From positions 92,363,377 through 92,427,376 of the forward strand of contig NC_052164.1 of NCBI RefSeq assembly GCF_902713615.1: a stretch of 64,000 nt of DNA, in the 5' to 3' direction. Within the stretch, counting starts at the first letter, position 1. Every line of letters begins with the position of its first letter. This document shows positions 35,202 to 49,148 of this stretch, piece by piece. The notes below the pieces were generated by a model. That model was not told the origin of the DNA. It did not search any database and was given only the letters and a program-made list of their open reading frames with translations. Source of the DNA: Scyliorhinus canicula (taxonomy: Eukaryota). The translations under genes were made by a program, and so were the position numbers.

Positions 35202-35599
35202 CTACATAAAATAACAAAGTCAGAGTTAAGCATGTTAAACCATGTTGCACACTAGAAAAGCAGCTAAAATCTATAACAATAACTCTTAAGTATTACATGT
35301 GTCACACTGTGATTCTATGTTCCTGAGAAAAATTCAGCCAATGAAAAACTTATTCCACTGCCCCCAAACAAGTTACAAAATTCTTTCTCCATCCTACACT
35401 TTGCCTCTATTTGATCACTCAGCATTTCCGTGTATAACACTTGCTAAGCATACACCATAACCTGCCATTCATTCTGAGCAACTTCATGGAAATGTGTCAG
35501 TGGCACTTATAATACAAGTAGCTGGTAGGAGCATCTATAACTTCTTTCATTTTCATTTTTGGGATGCAAGCATTGCTGCTGAGGCCAATACTTAATGAA

Positions 35600-36303
35600 A
35601 TCTCTACAGTGCAGGAGGTCATTCAGGCCATAGAGTCTGTGCCAACCCTCCAAAAGAGCATCATACCTCTGTCCACTCCTATCCCCATAACCCCACCTCA
35701 TGTTTGGACACTACAGGGAAATTTTGCATGGCCAATCCACCTAACCTGCACATCTTTGGACTTTAGGAGGAAACGGGAGCACCTGAAGGAAATTCACACA
35801 AACACAGGGAGAAAGGGCAAACTTCACAGTCACCCAAGGCCTGAATTGAACCTGGGTCCCTGGCACCGTGAGGCAGCAGTGCTAACCACTGTGGCACCAT
35901 GCCACCTCCTTTCTGGACAGGAAACATACAAGGACATATTTTGATTGCTTGCCCACCCCTTATTGAACCACTGCAGCCCATATGGTGTAGGTACACCCCC
36001 AATGTCAAAGAATTTACAGTGCAAGAGGCCATTTGGCCCATCGAGTCTGCACAGGCCCCTGGAAACAGCACCCTACCCAAGCCCACACCGCCACCCTAAT
36101 CCCGTAACCCTACCTAACCTTTTTTGGACACCAAGGGCAAATTAGCATGGGCAATCCACCTAACATGCACAACTTTGGACTGTGGGAGGAAACCCGAGCA
36201 CCAGAGGAAACTCACGCAGACTTGGGGAGAAAGTGCAAACTCCACACAGTCACCTGAAGCCGGAATTGAACCCTGGAGCTGTGAAGCAACAGTGCTAACC
36301 TGC
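35600..36303 (-). mobile_element. Two HE1 SINEs (about 35600-35904 and 36008-36303)
   Basis: Reverse complement HE1 blocks. Confidence 0.85.
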
Positions 36304-36699
36304 CGCTCAATGCTATTGTAGTGGTTTGATACAACTGACTGGTTGCACTATTTCAGGAGGGCAGTTAAGAATCAACCACATTGCTTTGGGTCTGGAGACA
36401 CATGTAGACCAGATCAGGCAAGGACGGCAGATTGCCTTTCCTAAAGAAACATTAACAAGCCAGATGGATTTTTACAAGAATCCAGTAGTTTCACGATCAT
36501 TGTAACGAGATCACTACTTTGTTCCAGATTTACCCATTAATTGAATTTAAACTACCCAAGCTGCCATGGTGGAATCTGAACTTGTGTTTCGAGAGCATTA
36601 GTCCAGCTGCTAGATTACTACTCCAGTGACATTACCATTATGCTGCCGTCCCACTTTCAACATTATTCAATTCCTACCAGAACCTGCCACAAGAGTGCT

Positions 36700-37680
36700 A
36701 ACTGAATTTTATAGCTACAAAGGAGTAGGCTATTTGGCCCCTTGAGCCTGCCCCGACATGAAGATAGATCATGACTAATCGGATTGTGGCCTTGACTTTC
36801 CTGTCCATGCCCTATACCCTTTACTCCCTCATCAATCAAGAATCGGAGGAAGAAAGTTCCACAGACGAATGACCCTGAGGGAAAAGATTTCCCTTCACCT
36901 CTACTGTAAATCGGAAAGCCCTGTGTCTTCTAATCTCTCCATCAAGGGAAACATCCTTTCAGCATCTGACTAGTCAAGTCCCCTCAGGACCTTAGATGTT
37001 TCATTTAGATATCTTCTCATTCTTCTAAACTCCAATGGTTACAGGCCCAACCTGTCCAACCTCTCCACGCAAGACAACCCCTTCATTCAAGGAAGAGGCA
37101 CATGAACCTTCTCTGCAATCTTCTAATACAATTATATGCTTAAGTACAGAGACCAAAGCTGCACACAAAACTCACAGATGTGATCTCACCAATACTCTGT
37201 ACAACTGCAGTAAAACTTCCTCAGTTTTAGATTTCATTCCCCTTTCTATAAACGACGACATCCCTGCATGTTAACATTCTTGTGACTCATGTAGCTGGAC
37301 ACCCATATCCTTCTGTACTGGATAGCTCTGCAATCGCTTTCCATTTAAATTAATGCTGCCTTACTATTCTTCCCGTCAAGTGGACAAGTTTACATTTTCC
37401 CCACACTATACTCCCTTCTGCCAATTTTTTTGCCCACTACTTATCTATATCCCTTTGTAGAGTCCTTATGTGTTCTTCGTAATTTACCCACCCACCTATC
37501 TTTGCATCATCAGCAAATTCAACAACCATACATTTGATTCCTTCCACGTCATTAAAAAGATTGTAAATAGTTGAGGTGCCAGCACGCCATCTTCACACCT
37601 AGTCAACCTAGCAATTACCAATTTTTGCCTACTCGGCTTCCTGTTAGCTAACCAATCCTCTGGGTAGACTCCAGTTACCA
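36700..37680 (-). mobile_element. CR1-type LINE 3' fragment (degenerate)
   Basis: Reverse strand GVLAPQLFTIF...KFADD-like RT relic and CR1 3' tail near 36720-36780. Confidence 0.65.
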
Positions 37681-38387
37681 ATGCTTCTTTCTCATGGTTA
37701 CAGTTAGGTACCATAACACCATCATCAATAGAATTCACTAGTTGAAAATCAAAGCACTTCAGCTTATTTTCATGCAGTCATTTAATCTTTTAACATTGAT
37801 GCCTTGAAAGTTAGTTATTTCATGACCATTCTGAACAATGGTAAGATTTTTTAAATGCCATTTTGTAATTCTAATGTAAAATATTGCTTAAACCTCTCTT
37901 TCTAACATAGCTAGGACTGCTGTTCTGGAATCAATTGGCAACCCAAACACTAGGCAATCTAACATCCGTTGTCACAGCATATGGCGATCGAGAGATCGAT
38001 TTATTAAAACAATAGAATTGGAAACTAGAAAATAGTACAATTCCAAACTCTCTTTTCTATTCTCCCCAAAATCAGGTATGATCTCACCAAATGGCAGAAC
38101 AGACTAGAGATCCAAAAGACTTCCTCCCGTTTCCATTTAATAAATTATGAGTTCTCAAAAATTAAGTTGAATCCAATGTGTTTACTATTCCAAAACCAGA
38201 ATCAATGGGGACTGAAACAATAAACTTGGCCCACATCTCCTCTACCTTGAAGTGAAATTAGCTCATTCTTCTATAGTATATTCAGTACTGAGTACTCAAG
38301 ACTTAATTGCACAGCTCCAAAAATGTGAACTGCACTGAGCAAACTTCAGTAGATTTTAATCTTAAGAGTTATTTCAAAGAAACTTAC

Positions 38388-38455
38388 TGGGGCTAGCTTC
38401 GAAGGCACAAATGAATCAACATCCTTTTTCCTGATTTGACCATCTGGTCCAGTAC
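38388..38455 (-). CDS. DLAT: DLAT exon 8 (68 nt)
   Basis: [23 protein letters not shown]; TAG/GTAAG flanks. Confidence 0.95.
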
Positions 38456-38994
38456 CTAAAGTGAAGAAAATACACCACCAACTTAAGAGCACAAACATCA
38501 ATTTTAGACAAATCCAAGTGATGGCTGGGAAAGTTTTATATGCTATTGCCTTTTCAAAATAGGCTGAAGTTTTAAATTCATTGTAATATATTCAATAGGG
38601 CTTTATTTTTGCAAAAGCATAGCTCTATCACTGTTCCAATTTGCATTCTAAAATTAATAGGTTAGTGTTAATGGAATAAAGACGACTATTTTAAAAAGGA
38701 CCCACGTTAAAATGTTCATACTTTAAAAAATATAAAGATACATCTCAAATGTGCCAAAACAGGCAGTTGTGATCTTGGCTTAACATCTTAATTGAGAGGT
38801 TGAAACTTTGACAGCAGAGTACTACCTTAGTATGGTAGAATGCAGGCCAAATTCAAGAGTGGTCCTGGACCCACAAACTTCTGATTTTGGGTCAAAACTC
38901 TACCAACTGAGTCAAGCAATCAACATATGCCCTTGGTATAAACAATCTGCTGTGACTATTAAAGCAGCTATATTTAAATTTGAATGCAACTCAC

Positions 38995-39139
38995 CTTTAA
39001 TTTGTTTGAGGTCAATGCCCTTGTCAGCTGCCAATTTCTTTGCCAAAGGGCTTGCAAAGACTCGACCTTTGGGATCTCTGGACTTGACTGGGAGCGATAC
39101 AGTTGGTGCTGCCACAGGCTGTTGTGGGAGAGGTGCAGC
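38995..39139 (-). CDS. DLAT: DLAT exon 7 (145 nt), E1/E3-binding (PSBD) domain start
   Basis: AAPLPQQP...[25 protein letters not shown]; CAG/GTGAG flanks. Confidence 0.95.
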
Positions 39140-39829
39140 CTGGAACAAATTTCAGAAGTTTGACTGAGCAATCCATATAATCTCCCCTTCAAACAAGACA
39201 CATAATCTGGCAGCTTTTACTGAACAGTGGGTTACTACACATTATCAGCTAAAACTTTTTTTTCCATTAAATTTATGAATGCATCATTGTTTTCAACATT
39301 TTATTATTAAACCTCGATTCAAACCAGACAGGACAAGTTTCAAGCAGGAAACTTTAAAGCCATAATAAACGCCCATATCTGATGGAACAGAAAATCAGCG
39401 ATACAGGATGTTAGATAGCAGAAGCATGTCAATTTGACTCACTGATTCAGCAAGCTGATGCATTCAGTAGCTAAACCATATAATCAAGGAGTTCTTAGGT
39501 TCAATCCCTGGACTATTGAGCTGATCTTTACACACATTTGGGGTGTCAGTAAAGGCTAAAATCAACTTGAATTTACATTTCTGATCCCAAAACAACAATC
39601 CTCGCTCACATGGATATCAGGTGAGAGAATCACGATTCATCGGTGGTTTAACAGACTGGCAGATGCAGCCAAGATTCACACATGAAGAGTAACCATTTAG
39701 ACAAACCAATATAAATGCTAAATGGCCACCGGAGATTGAACACAGATGGGAGGGGGATAAACCCAATCTCTTCAGAAGATTTGAAGCACCAAGTGTTACA
39801 GATGTGTAGATATAGTTATGGGCTCTTAC

Positions 39830-40005
39830 TGGAGGTGGAGGTTGTGGCTTAATATCAGCAACTCCGGTTTCCACATAGTCAGCAAATGCTGGGATGTCGG
39901 ACTCCTTCTCTACAATAATGCACAGCGATGTCCCAAGAGGAACGTCCCGTGTACCTTCAGCTATTAGAATCTTGGCCAAATAACCTTCTTCCATTACTTC
40001 AAAAC
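39830..40005 (-). CDS. DLAT: DLAT exon 6 (176 nt)
   Basis: [59 protein letters not shown]; AG/GTAAG flanks. Confidence 0.95.
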
Positions 40006-40523
40006 CTAAGAGAAACACAATGGATTTTATATAATACAATACTTTAACAAATCTTATTCCAGTTGGTTTTCCTTCAGAGGCGTCGCCCTCATTGGTCAAT
40101 GGGTTGTAGGGCATTCTAACCACAACAAATATAGAAAACAAAAAAAATCTTTAAACTACTTTTTTGAAAACATCATGAATTATAATTTATCACATTGTTG
40201 TTACAACGGTGCTGATTTTGAACTTGTTTAAATATTTTCATAAAATAACCCATGTAAATATCAATAACCACCATACTGTCATGTTACAATTTTGTTTAAT
40301 ATCAAGGGTTACCGTACATTAAGCCAACCTCAAACTTTACTGTCCATACACAGACACGTCAAATCTAATCTTCCAATTATGGCCACATCATAAACACAGT
40401 GTAACAAGTGTCTAAAATAATTTTAAGGCATGGTGTGAACAAACCAGAATGTGTCCGATTCCCAAACTCATAAGCTATCTTAACTGTGTTACTGAGCATG
40501 CAAAATTGAAGGTCGCTGCATAC

Positions 40524-40650
40524 CTATTGTTGCTTTGTCTGTTTCAATCTCTGCTATCAGGTCACCTTCACGCAACTTCTCACCAACCTTTTTCTCCCAT
40601 CGTTGAACAGTACCCACCGTCATTGTTGGAGAAAGAGCAGGCAAAGCAAT
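40524..40650 (-). CDS. DLAT: DLAT exon 5 (127 nt), lipoyl-lysine 2
   Basis: [42 protein letters not shown]; CAG/GTATG flanks. Confidence 0.96.
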
Positions 40651-41329
40651 CTGCAAATAGATAGCGTATTCTGGCTTTATAATTATCACGAAGCTGAAAA
40701 TTTAGACTTCTAGATTAGGACATAATACTTTGCTTCACAGCTCAATGTCCAATGAAGCCAAGGCATTTGAAGCAAGCTGACTGGAAAGGTTATTTTAACT
40801 TACAACATTCTAAAGCAAATTGTAATAAAAAGAAGAGATAAAGTTAAACTGGGAATGAACTCACTGGTATACAGTTCTGAAATTTGCCACATTTTTGCCT
40901 TCTTTACTTATTATCCTGCATTCAATCAAGTCAGAATATATCCCGTTACAACCAGTAGAGGGACAGGATAAATCAAAAAGTTCTATGCAATGAAGCGCAC
41001 TAAAGTGTTATATAAAATATCACTGTCATTTCAATAAATTTAATATATTATGCGTATTAAAAATTAATACATTTTGCAATTTTCATGCAAATAATTGGCT
41101 TCCAAATTGACCTGCTTGTTCAAAGAATATTAAAATCCAAGCAACTGGCTCACAGGCTGTTTAATGTTTACAATTGAGGGTTTTCAATTGTTTCGAAGCT
41201 ACATCACAAGCACATAACATTCACCGAGAAGAAATGCTTCAATGCGCCATTATTGTAGTGAAAGATCGCCTTGTGCAATAGGAGGAGCGTTCTAAAAGTA
41301 CATTTGACAATGACCTGCATCAGGAGATT

Positions 41330-41516
41330 GGGCGGGGTTTACCGGCTGTTCACGCCAGTGGGATATTCGGTCCCACACCGGTGCACGAGTGTCCCAACGG
41401 AGAGGGGTACTGTCAACGGATAATCCCACTGACAACAGCGGGACCGGTAGATCCTGGCGACAGGTCCACTTCCAATACTGAAAAACACATGGCGGGCTGG
41501 TGGGAAAATCCCACCC
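41330..41516. mobile_element. Short MITE
   Basis: Imperfect TIRs GGGCGGGGTTTACC / GGGAAAATCCCACCC, ATT on both flanks. Confidence 0.5.
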
Positions 41517-41549
41517 ATTATTGCATCTTGATCTAAAAGGTTTTGTCAG

Positions 41550-43230
41550 GTGGTACATTTTACAAAGTATCTTAAAGGAAGAGCGAAGGAGGGAGCGGAT
41601 TCCAGAGTTTTGTCAGCTGAAAGCACAGCCACTAATGGTGAAACAATTAAAATTGGGAGCCAGAATTGTAGTGCAGGTATTGAGGGTTGTGTGGCTGGAG
41701 AAGATGAAATGAAAATCGCTTATTGTCACGAGTAGGCTTCAAATTAAGTTACTGTGAAAAGCCCCTAGTCGCCACATTACGGCGCCTGTTCGGGGAGGCT
41801 GGTACGGGAATTGAACCGTGCTGTTGGCCTGCCTTGGTCTGCTTTAAAAGCCAGTGATTTAGCCCAGTGTGCTAAACCAGCCCCTAGAGAGAAGGAGAGA
41901 TCATGGACAGATTTGCAGGGAAAGCAGAGAATTTTAAAATTCGAGGTATTGTTTAACTGAGAGCCAGCACAGGGATAATAGGTGAACAGGACTTGGTGTG
42001 AATTAGGCCACGGACACCACACATTTGAATGAAATCACGTTTATAGGGTGTGGAATGTAGGAGACCAGTCAGAGGCGTATTGGAATATTTACATCCCGAG
42101 GTAACAAAGGAACAAATGAAGGTTTCACCAGCAGGTGAGCTGAGCTAGGGGTGCAACCAGTGACATTTCAGATGTGGCAATTGGCATACAAGGTTAAGAG
42201 TTAATTTTAAGGTCAGACAAGGCATTTGAGATCCGTCCAGTTCAACCGCAGACAGCTGTTAGGGAAAGAGATGGAATCGGTGGTTAGGGAACTGTATTCG
42301 AGATGAGGATCTAAAGCAAGGGCTTCCCAATAAGTAGCTGGAAGGAAATTTCTGCACATCCAGAATTGAATGTCAGATGAGCAATCTGATAATTTAGTTA
42401 CAGCGAAGGAATTAACAGGCAGTGGTGAGTTGGAGAGGGAGCATACGCTGGAAACCAATGTTGTATTTTCGGGTGTCTTGGTCGAGAGACAACATGTAGA
42501 TGAGAAACAGGAAGGGGCCAGCACAGATTCTTGGGGGACGCCGGAGGTAACACTGTGTGTGCAGTCCCACCAACTGGACGATGAAGAGAGTTTGGAGGAG
42601 GATAGTGCGCTCATCCCCGTCAAAAGGTGCAGAAAGGTTGTAAAGGACGAGCAGGGATAGTTTCCTGTGATCACAGCTAGATAGGACTCTGATATGAGGT
42701 GTTTTAGTTCTGTGGCTGAGTAAAACCAGGTTTGAGGGATTTAAACATGGAGCTCCAGAAAAGATAGTCACAAATTTGAGAGGCAACAACACGTTAAAGG
42801 ACATCGGAAAAGGGATATTGGGGATGGGACAGTAGTTTGCCAGGACAGAGGATCAAGGATTGCTTTTATTTTGTGAGAGGGGCAATGTCAGCAGATTTGA
42901 AGCAGTTTTAACAGATGACAGCAGATCCTCATGGCGCAATAAGCGCTGCAGCCAAATCGGGAGGAAAATGACTAAACCAGTTGTCTGCCACATCTGTTGT
43001 AGTCTGGGTCCAGATGGAACAGCCAGGGAAGAGACACAGTGATGGGTTTAATGGGGACTAGGATTTGGGTGAAGGGGAGTGTTGTTGACAGATCAGTGCT
43101 TGCAGAAACATCTTGGTGATTGGAGCACCAAAGAGTTGGGATTTTGAAAGTGCAGTTGTAAACGAATTGGGAGAATATTTTCCAGTGGCAAACACATGTC
43201 CTTATCGAAGACTGGCAAGGTGGAACTGAT
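41550..43230 (-). mobile_element. L2-clade LINE relic (split by a SINE at 41703-41885)
   Basis: SLLVLYNLSAPFD, VTSGVPQESVLAP, KLSDCSSDIQFWM motifs of L2 RT. Confidence 0.75.
41703..41885 (-). mobile_element. Family B SINE inserted in L2 relic
   Basis: Reverse copy ending GCTAAACCAGCCCC. Confidence 0.85.
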
Positions 43231-43317
43231 AAGGCCATGTGGGATGGCAAAGTCAAGGGGTCCAAACTAACCTAACACAGTTTGAAGTGCTCACATTTCC
43301 ATTTTCTTTTCGCTCAC

Positions 43318-43471
43318 CTTCATGTGGGGAGGATAAGAACTGCCCGGAGCTTTGGGTGGAGATGAGGGTGTGGAAGGGGTTGCAGCAGCTGCTGGTGGGG
43401 TGGAAGGGGTTGCAGCAGCTGCTGCCGCTGCCTCTGGAGTGTAATCCTTAAAAGCTTCAATATCCTCAGCT
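43318..43471 (-). CDS. DLAT: DLAT exon 4 (154 nt), Ala/Pro hinge
   Basis: [51 protein letters not shown]; AG/GTGAG flanks. Confidence 0.96.
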
Positions 43472-46400
43472 CTAAACAATACAAGCAACAGAGAAATTTG
43501 TGTCATAATTAATAGCAACATAGATCGTACAGACAGTGCAGACTAATCTCAACAAAGATACAAAATAGAATGGTATAGACTGCATGATGAATCAAGCCCA
43601 CCCTAGGTGTCCATCGTTCTGCCATTACATGACCACATGGAAAGAAGTTTAAATTGAAACTACCAATGGATAATTGAGGAAAATAACTTCTGGGAAATTC
43701 CTGTGCAACTCATGGCAAACAAGCAAGCTCCAAGCCACCGTGGCAATGTCCAATACACAGCGTACAGATTTTGGCTTTCAGCCTAGACTCTGGGAAAAAT
43801 CTCACCCAAGTCAAAAGGTTATAGGTTCACGTTCCCTTCCAGGACTTGAACACCAAATCATGGTTGACACTTTGTGTAGTGGAGCGGGCATGTTGCGCCT
43901 ACAAGAGCTTTATTTCAGATGCAACGTCAAACCAAGGAATTGTCTGCCCTCTCAGACGTACATGAACAATTCAATGATACAAGTCAAAGAATAGCAGAGA
44001 CGTCTACCCAGCGTCCAGGCCAATTATTTACCTCAATCAAAATCACCTTGGATGTGCATAAATTGCCTGCCAATGTAACCCCCCATTTACAAACAGTCAC
44101 TGCACCTCATAAGGTGATGTGAAACACTTTTGGGCATCCTGTGCATATAAACGGTATGACAGTTCAGCATGGGTTACTTAAAGGTGCTAGAAGAGACATA
44201 TATTCACATACAGGGCCTGTCCTTAGCAGAAACAAAGAACATGCCCACGCAGTGCACCTTTCTCAAATAATAAAAACTTTGGGGGACAGCCATACCCTGG
44301 TTCATTCCCCATGGCAACTCCTTGACCAGAGTCAACTTGCCCGCTTTCAATTTAAACCCCAAAAGTAGGGCAGTTAACTGTTCCCTGGTTCATTCTCCAT
44401 GGCAATGCCTTCACCAGGAGTTCATTTTTCAACCAAGCAGCACCCTCTTCTCATGTAAATGGTTGTCCCCATCAAGATTTAGTATTCTTGCGAATCAGTC
44501 CTGATGAGTGCAAGATGACAGCACATCTCTTTTTTCAGCAAAGGCATTATTATATAATTGCACATTCTATATATTAATGACCGTAATGCAGAACAAAATC
44601 CCAAAGCACTTCACAGAAGTAGAAGGAAAATGGATGCCCTGCCTGGGGAAGATTAGCTGCAGCGTCCAAAAGCTTGGCAGAGAAGGGGTTTCAGGAGAAT
44701 GACAAGAGAGGATGGTACCAGCACTATTTAGGGAGGGAACGGAATGCGGTTCAAGGCACAGTCTCCAACAGCAATGGGAAAGATGCACAAAAGGCAGGAC
44801 TTGGTAGAGCACTGAGCGTGGATTGCATTTTATCGTCAAAAACTGTTATTTTGAAGATAACAGTTTGTCAGTCCCAACTTTTAGCTTGAGGAACACAATT
44901 TGGATCCAACCTTCTTCTCAACCAACATTCATGCATTTTCTAGCAGGTGTCACTGCTTGCTTATTAGCAGGAACCTCGGCTCTTTTCTTCTGCTCATCAG
45001 TTTGCAAGAAAGTTGATTGTAGCCACTTAACAGCAGCTACAACTGAGATTAGTTAATTTAGCATGAAACGCGGCTTTTATTTGTTCCTTTTCATGAGGAT
45101 GCTTCATGGTATAGCAAATATGGCAAATCACAATCAAGAATGGAAAGTGCCGAGTGTGTTGAACCACACAACTGAAAGTTACTTCAACCACTTTAAACTT
45201 TAATTTTGTTGATTTAATAGTGGAGTAAGAGCGAGTAGAACAGAAAGCCAATTGTGAAAACTCTATATATTCTCATTTGAGATGGTCTTTATACACAATG
45301 TTCTGGCTCAATTAAGAGTTTGAGGTACCTGTAATAGTCAAACTTTGTTTGTCCTGCTTCTATATTATCGTTCAATTCTTCTACACAATTTAGTTATAAT
45401 TTAACAGACTCACAGAATAATACAACTGACCTGTCCACCTCATCCCATTTGTCCGGACTTGGCCCATAGCCTTGAACGTTATGACGTGGCTAAGTGCTCA
45501 TCCAGGTACTTTTCAAAGGATGTGAGGCAACCCGTCTCTACCACCCTCCCAGGCAATTTATTCCAGACCATCACCACCCTCTAGGTAAAAATGTTTTTCC
45601 TCAAATCCCTCCTAAACCTTGTGCCCCTGAACTGAATTTGTGTACCTCTCATAACTGACCCTTCAACTAAGGAGAACAGCTACTCCCTATCTACCCTGTC
45701 CATGCCACTCATAATAGTGTACACCTCGATCAGGTCACTCCTCAATCTCCACTGCTCCAGTGAAAACAACACAAACCTATACAACTCTCCTCACAACTTA
45801 AATGTTCCATCCCAGGCAACTTCCTGGTGAATCTCCTCTGCCCCCCTCCAGTGCAATCACACCCTTCCTATAATGTGGCTTTCAGAATTGCACACAGTAC
45901 TCCAGCTGTGGCCTCACCAAAGTTCTATACAACGCCATTTATACCGGCATTTCTAACCTATGCCTCGATAAAGGCAGAATATGCCTTTTACATCACCCTA
46001 TTAACCTGCCCTTCAGATACCCATGGACAAACACATCAAGGTCCCTTTGTTCCTCAGAACTTCCCAGTATCAGGCCATTCATTGAATGCTTCCTTGTCAA
46101 ATTACTCCTTCCAAAGTGCATCACCTCACTTTTTTTGCCATTTTTTTGCCCAGTTGACCATCCTGTCTATATCCTCCTGTAACCCAAGACACTCAACCTC
46201 ACCTGTTAACCACCTGACCAATCTTTGTGTCATCTGCAAACTTTTGATCCTACCCCCCACATAGTCATCTATATCCTTTATAGAAAATTACAAATAGGGG
46301 ACCCAGCACAGACCCGTGCGGTACGCCACTGGACACTGGCTTCCAGTCACTAAAGCAGCCGTCCGTCATCACAGTTACCTATAACGCCAATTTTGAATCA

Positions 46401-46519
46401 ACCTCATCAAGTTACCCTGTATCCAATGTGCATTTGCCTTCTTTATATGTCTCCCATGTGGAACCTTGTCAAAGGCTTTGCTGAAATCCTTGTAAACTAC
46501 ATCAACTGCACTACCATCA

Positions 46520-46715
46520 GGGGCAGCATGGTGGCAGTGGTTAGCACTGCTGCCTCACATGTCGAGGACCCGCGTTCGATCCAGAGTCACTGTCCGTGTG
46601 CAGTTTGCACATTCTCCCCGTGTCTGCGTGGGTCTCAGCCCCACAACCCAAAGATGTGCAGGGTAGTTGGATTGGCCACGCTAAATTGACCCTTATTGGA
46701 AAAGAATTAGGTAAA
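46520..46715 (+). mobile_element. Short-form HE1 SINE inserted in CR1 with TSD
   Basis: Flanking direct repeat AACTGCACTAC at 46504-46514 and 46716-46726. Confidence 0.85.
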
Positions 46716-47309
46716 AACTGCACTACTCTCATCTACACATTTGGTCACATGCTCAAAAAATTCAATTAAATTTGTTAGGCATGACCTCCCTCTGACATAG
46801 CCATGCGGACTATTCCTGATCAAACCTTGCATTTCCAAGTGGAAAAAGAGATTCTCTCCTTCAGAATTTTCTCCAATAGTTTCCCTACCAGTTACGTGAA
46901 ACTCACTGGTCTGTAGTTCCCTGGCTTATCTCTACAACCTTTCTTAAATAGTGGGACCACATTTGTTCTCTAGTCCTCAGGTGCCTCTCTGGCCAGAGAG
47001 GAATTAGAAATTTGAACTAGAACCCCTACAATCTCCTTCCTCGCCTCCCACAGCATGCTGGGACACAATTCATCCAGACCTGGAGATTAGTCCACTTTTA
47101 AGCCTACCAACACCTCCAATACCCCTGTCACTCCCTATGACAATTTGCTCAAGAACATCACAGTCTATCTTCCTGCGTTCCATAGCTACCTCCTCATTCT
47201 CTTGGTGAAGACAGACGTAAAGTATTTGTTCCAACACCTTAACAATGCCCTCTGGCTCAACCCACAGATTTCCCCCTTGGTCCCTAATGAGCCCTACTTT
47301 CCTGGTTAT

Positions 47310-49148
47310 GATTTGATTTATTGTCACATGTATTAGTATACAGTGAAAAGTATTCTTTCTTGCATGCTGCAGAATATAATGTTACAGTTATAGCAAGGTG
47401 TAGAGTAAAGATCAACTTAATACGAGGTAGGTTCATTCAAAAGTCTGATGGCAGTAGGGAAGAAGCTGTTCTCGAGTCGGTTGGTACATGACCTCAAACT
47501 TTGGTATATTTTTCCTGACAGAAGAAGGTGGAAGAGTATGTCCGGGGTGCGTGGGGTCCTTAATTATGCTGGCTGCCTTTCTGAGGCAGCGGGAATTATA
47601 GATAAAGTCAATGGATGGGAGACTGGTTTGCGTGATGGACTGGGCTACATTCACAACCTTTTGTAGTTTCCTGCGGTCTTGGGCAGAGCAGGCTCCATAC
47701 CAAGCTGTGATACAACCAGGAAGAATGCTTTCTATGGTGCATCTGTAGAAGTTGGTGAGGGTCGTAGCTGACATGCCAAATTTCCTTCATCTTCTAAGAA
47801 AGTAGTCGTTGGTGGGCTTTCTTAACTATAGTGTCGGAGGAGGCGGGGGGGGGGGGGGGGGGGGGGGGGGGGAAGACACCAGGACAGGCTGTTGGTGATC
47901 TGTACACCTAAAAACTTGAAGCTCTCGACTCTTTCTACTTTGTTCCCATTGATGTAGACAGGGGCATGCTCTCCACTACGCTTCCTGAAGTCGATGACAA
48001 TCTCCTTTGTTTTGTTGACATTGAGGGAGATTATGGTCATCGCACCAGTTCACCAGATTCTCTATCTCATTCCTGTACTCTATCTCGTCATTATTTGAAA
48101 TACGACGCACTATGGGTAGTGTCATCAGCAAATTTGAAAATCGAGTTGGAGGGGGATTTGGCCACAGTCATAGGTGTATAAGGAGTATAGTAGAGGGCTG
48201 AGGACACAGCCTTGTGGGGCACCGGTGTTGGTGATGATCGTGGAGGAGGTGTTGGTGCCTATCTTTACTGATTGTGGCCTGTGGGTTAGAAAGTTCAGGA
48301 TCCAGTCGCAGAGGAAGGAGCCAAGGCCAAGGAGTTTGGAGATGAGTTTCGTAGGAATGATGGTGTTGAAGGCTGAGCTGTAGTCGATAAATAGGAATCT
48401 GACATAGATGTCTTTGTTATCTAGGTGTTCCAGGGTAGAGTGCAGGGCCATGGAGATGGCCTCTGCTGTGGACCTGTTGCAACGGTAGGCAAACTGTAGT
48501 GGATAAGGCAATTCGGGTGGCTGGAGTTGATTCGTGCCATGACTAACCTTTCGAAGCACTTAATGATGATGGATGTCAGAGCCACTGAATGACAATCATT
48601 AAGGCACGCTGCTTGCCTTTTATTTGGTACAGAGATGATGGTCGTCTTCTTGAAGCAGATCGGGACCTCAGATTGTTGTAAAGAGGTTGAAGATGTCTGC
48701 GAATACCCCCGCCAGCTGATCTGCGCAAGACCAGAGTGCTCGTCCGAGTACACCATCCGGGCCAGTGGCTTTCCGTGTGTTCACCTTCGAGAAGGCTGCT
48801 CTGACGTCTGCAGTGGTGATCTCAGATAAAAGTTCATCCGCGGTTTCTGGGGTGGAGGGCTCTCTCTCGCTGGCCTCTTGCTCAAAGCGGGCATAGAATG
48901 CATTGAGCTCATCAGGGAGGGGTGCGAGGAGCCGCCGATTTTACATGCCTTCATCTTGTAGCCCATTATGTCTTACTGACCTTGCCACAGACGGCAGGGA
49001 CCCGTGTGGCTAGCCTGGGACTCAAGCTTGGTCCGGTCCTGTCTTTTGGCACCTTTGATGGATTTCTTTAGATCATATCTGGCTTTCTTGTAGAGGTCAG
49101 GGTCGCCTGACTTGAACGCCTCAGATCTCGACTTCAGCAAGCAGTGTA
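47310..49148 (-). mobile_element. 5'-truncated Rex1/Babar LINE inserted in CR1
   Basis: [70 protein letters not shown]; 3' tail GTGACAATAAATCAAATCA at about 47310-47328. Confidence 0.9.
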
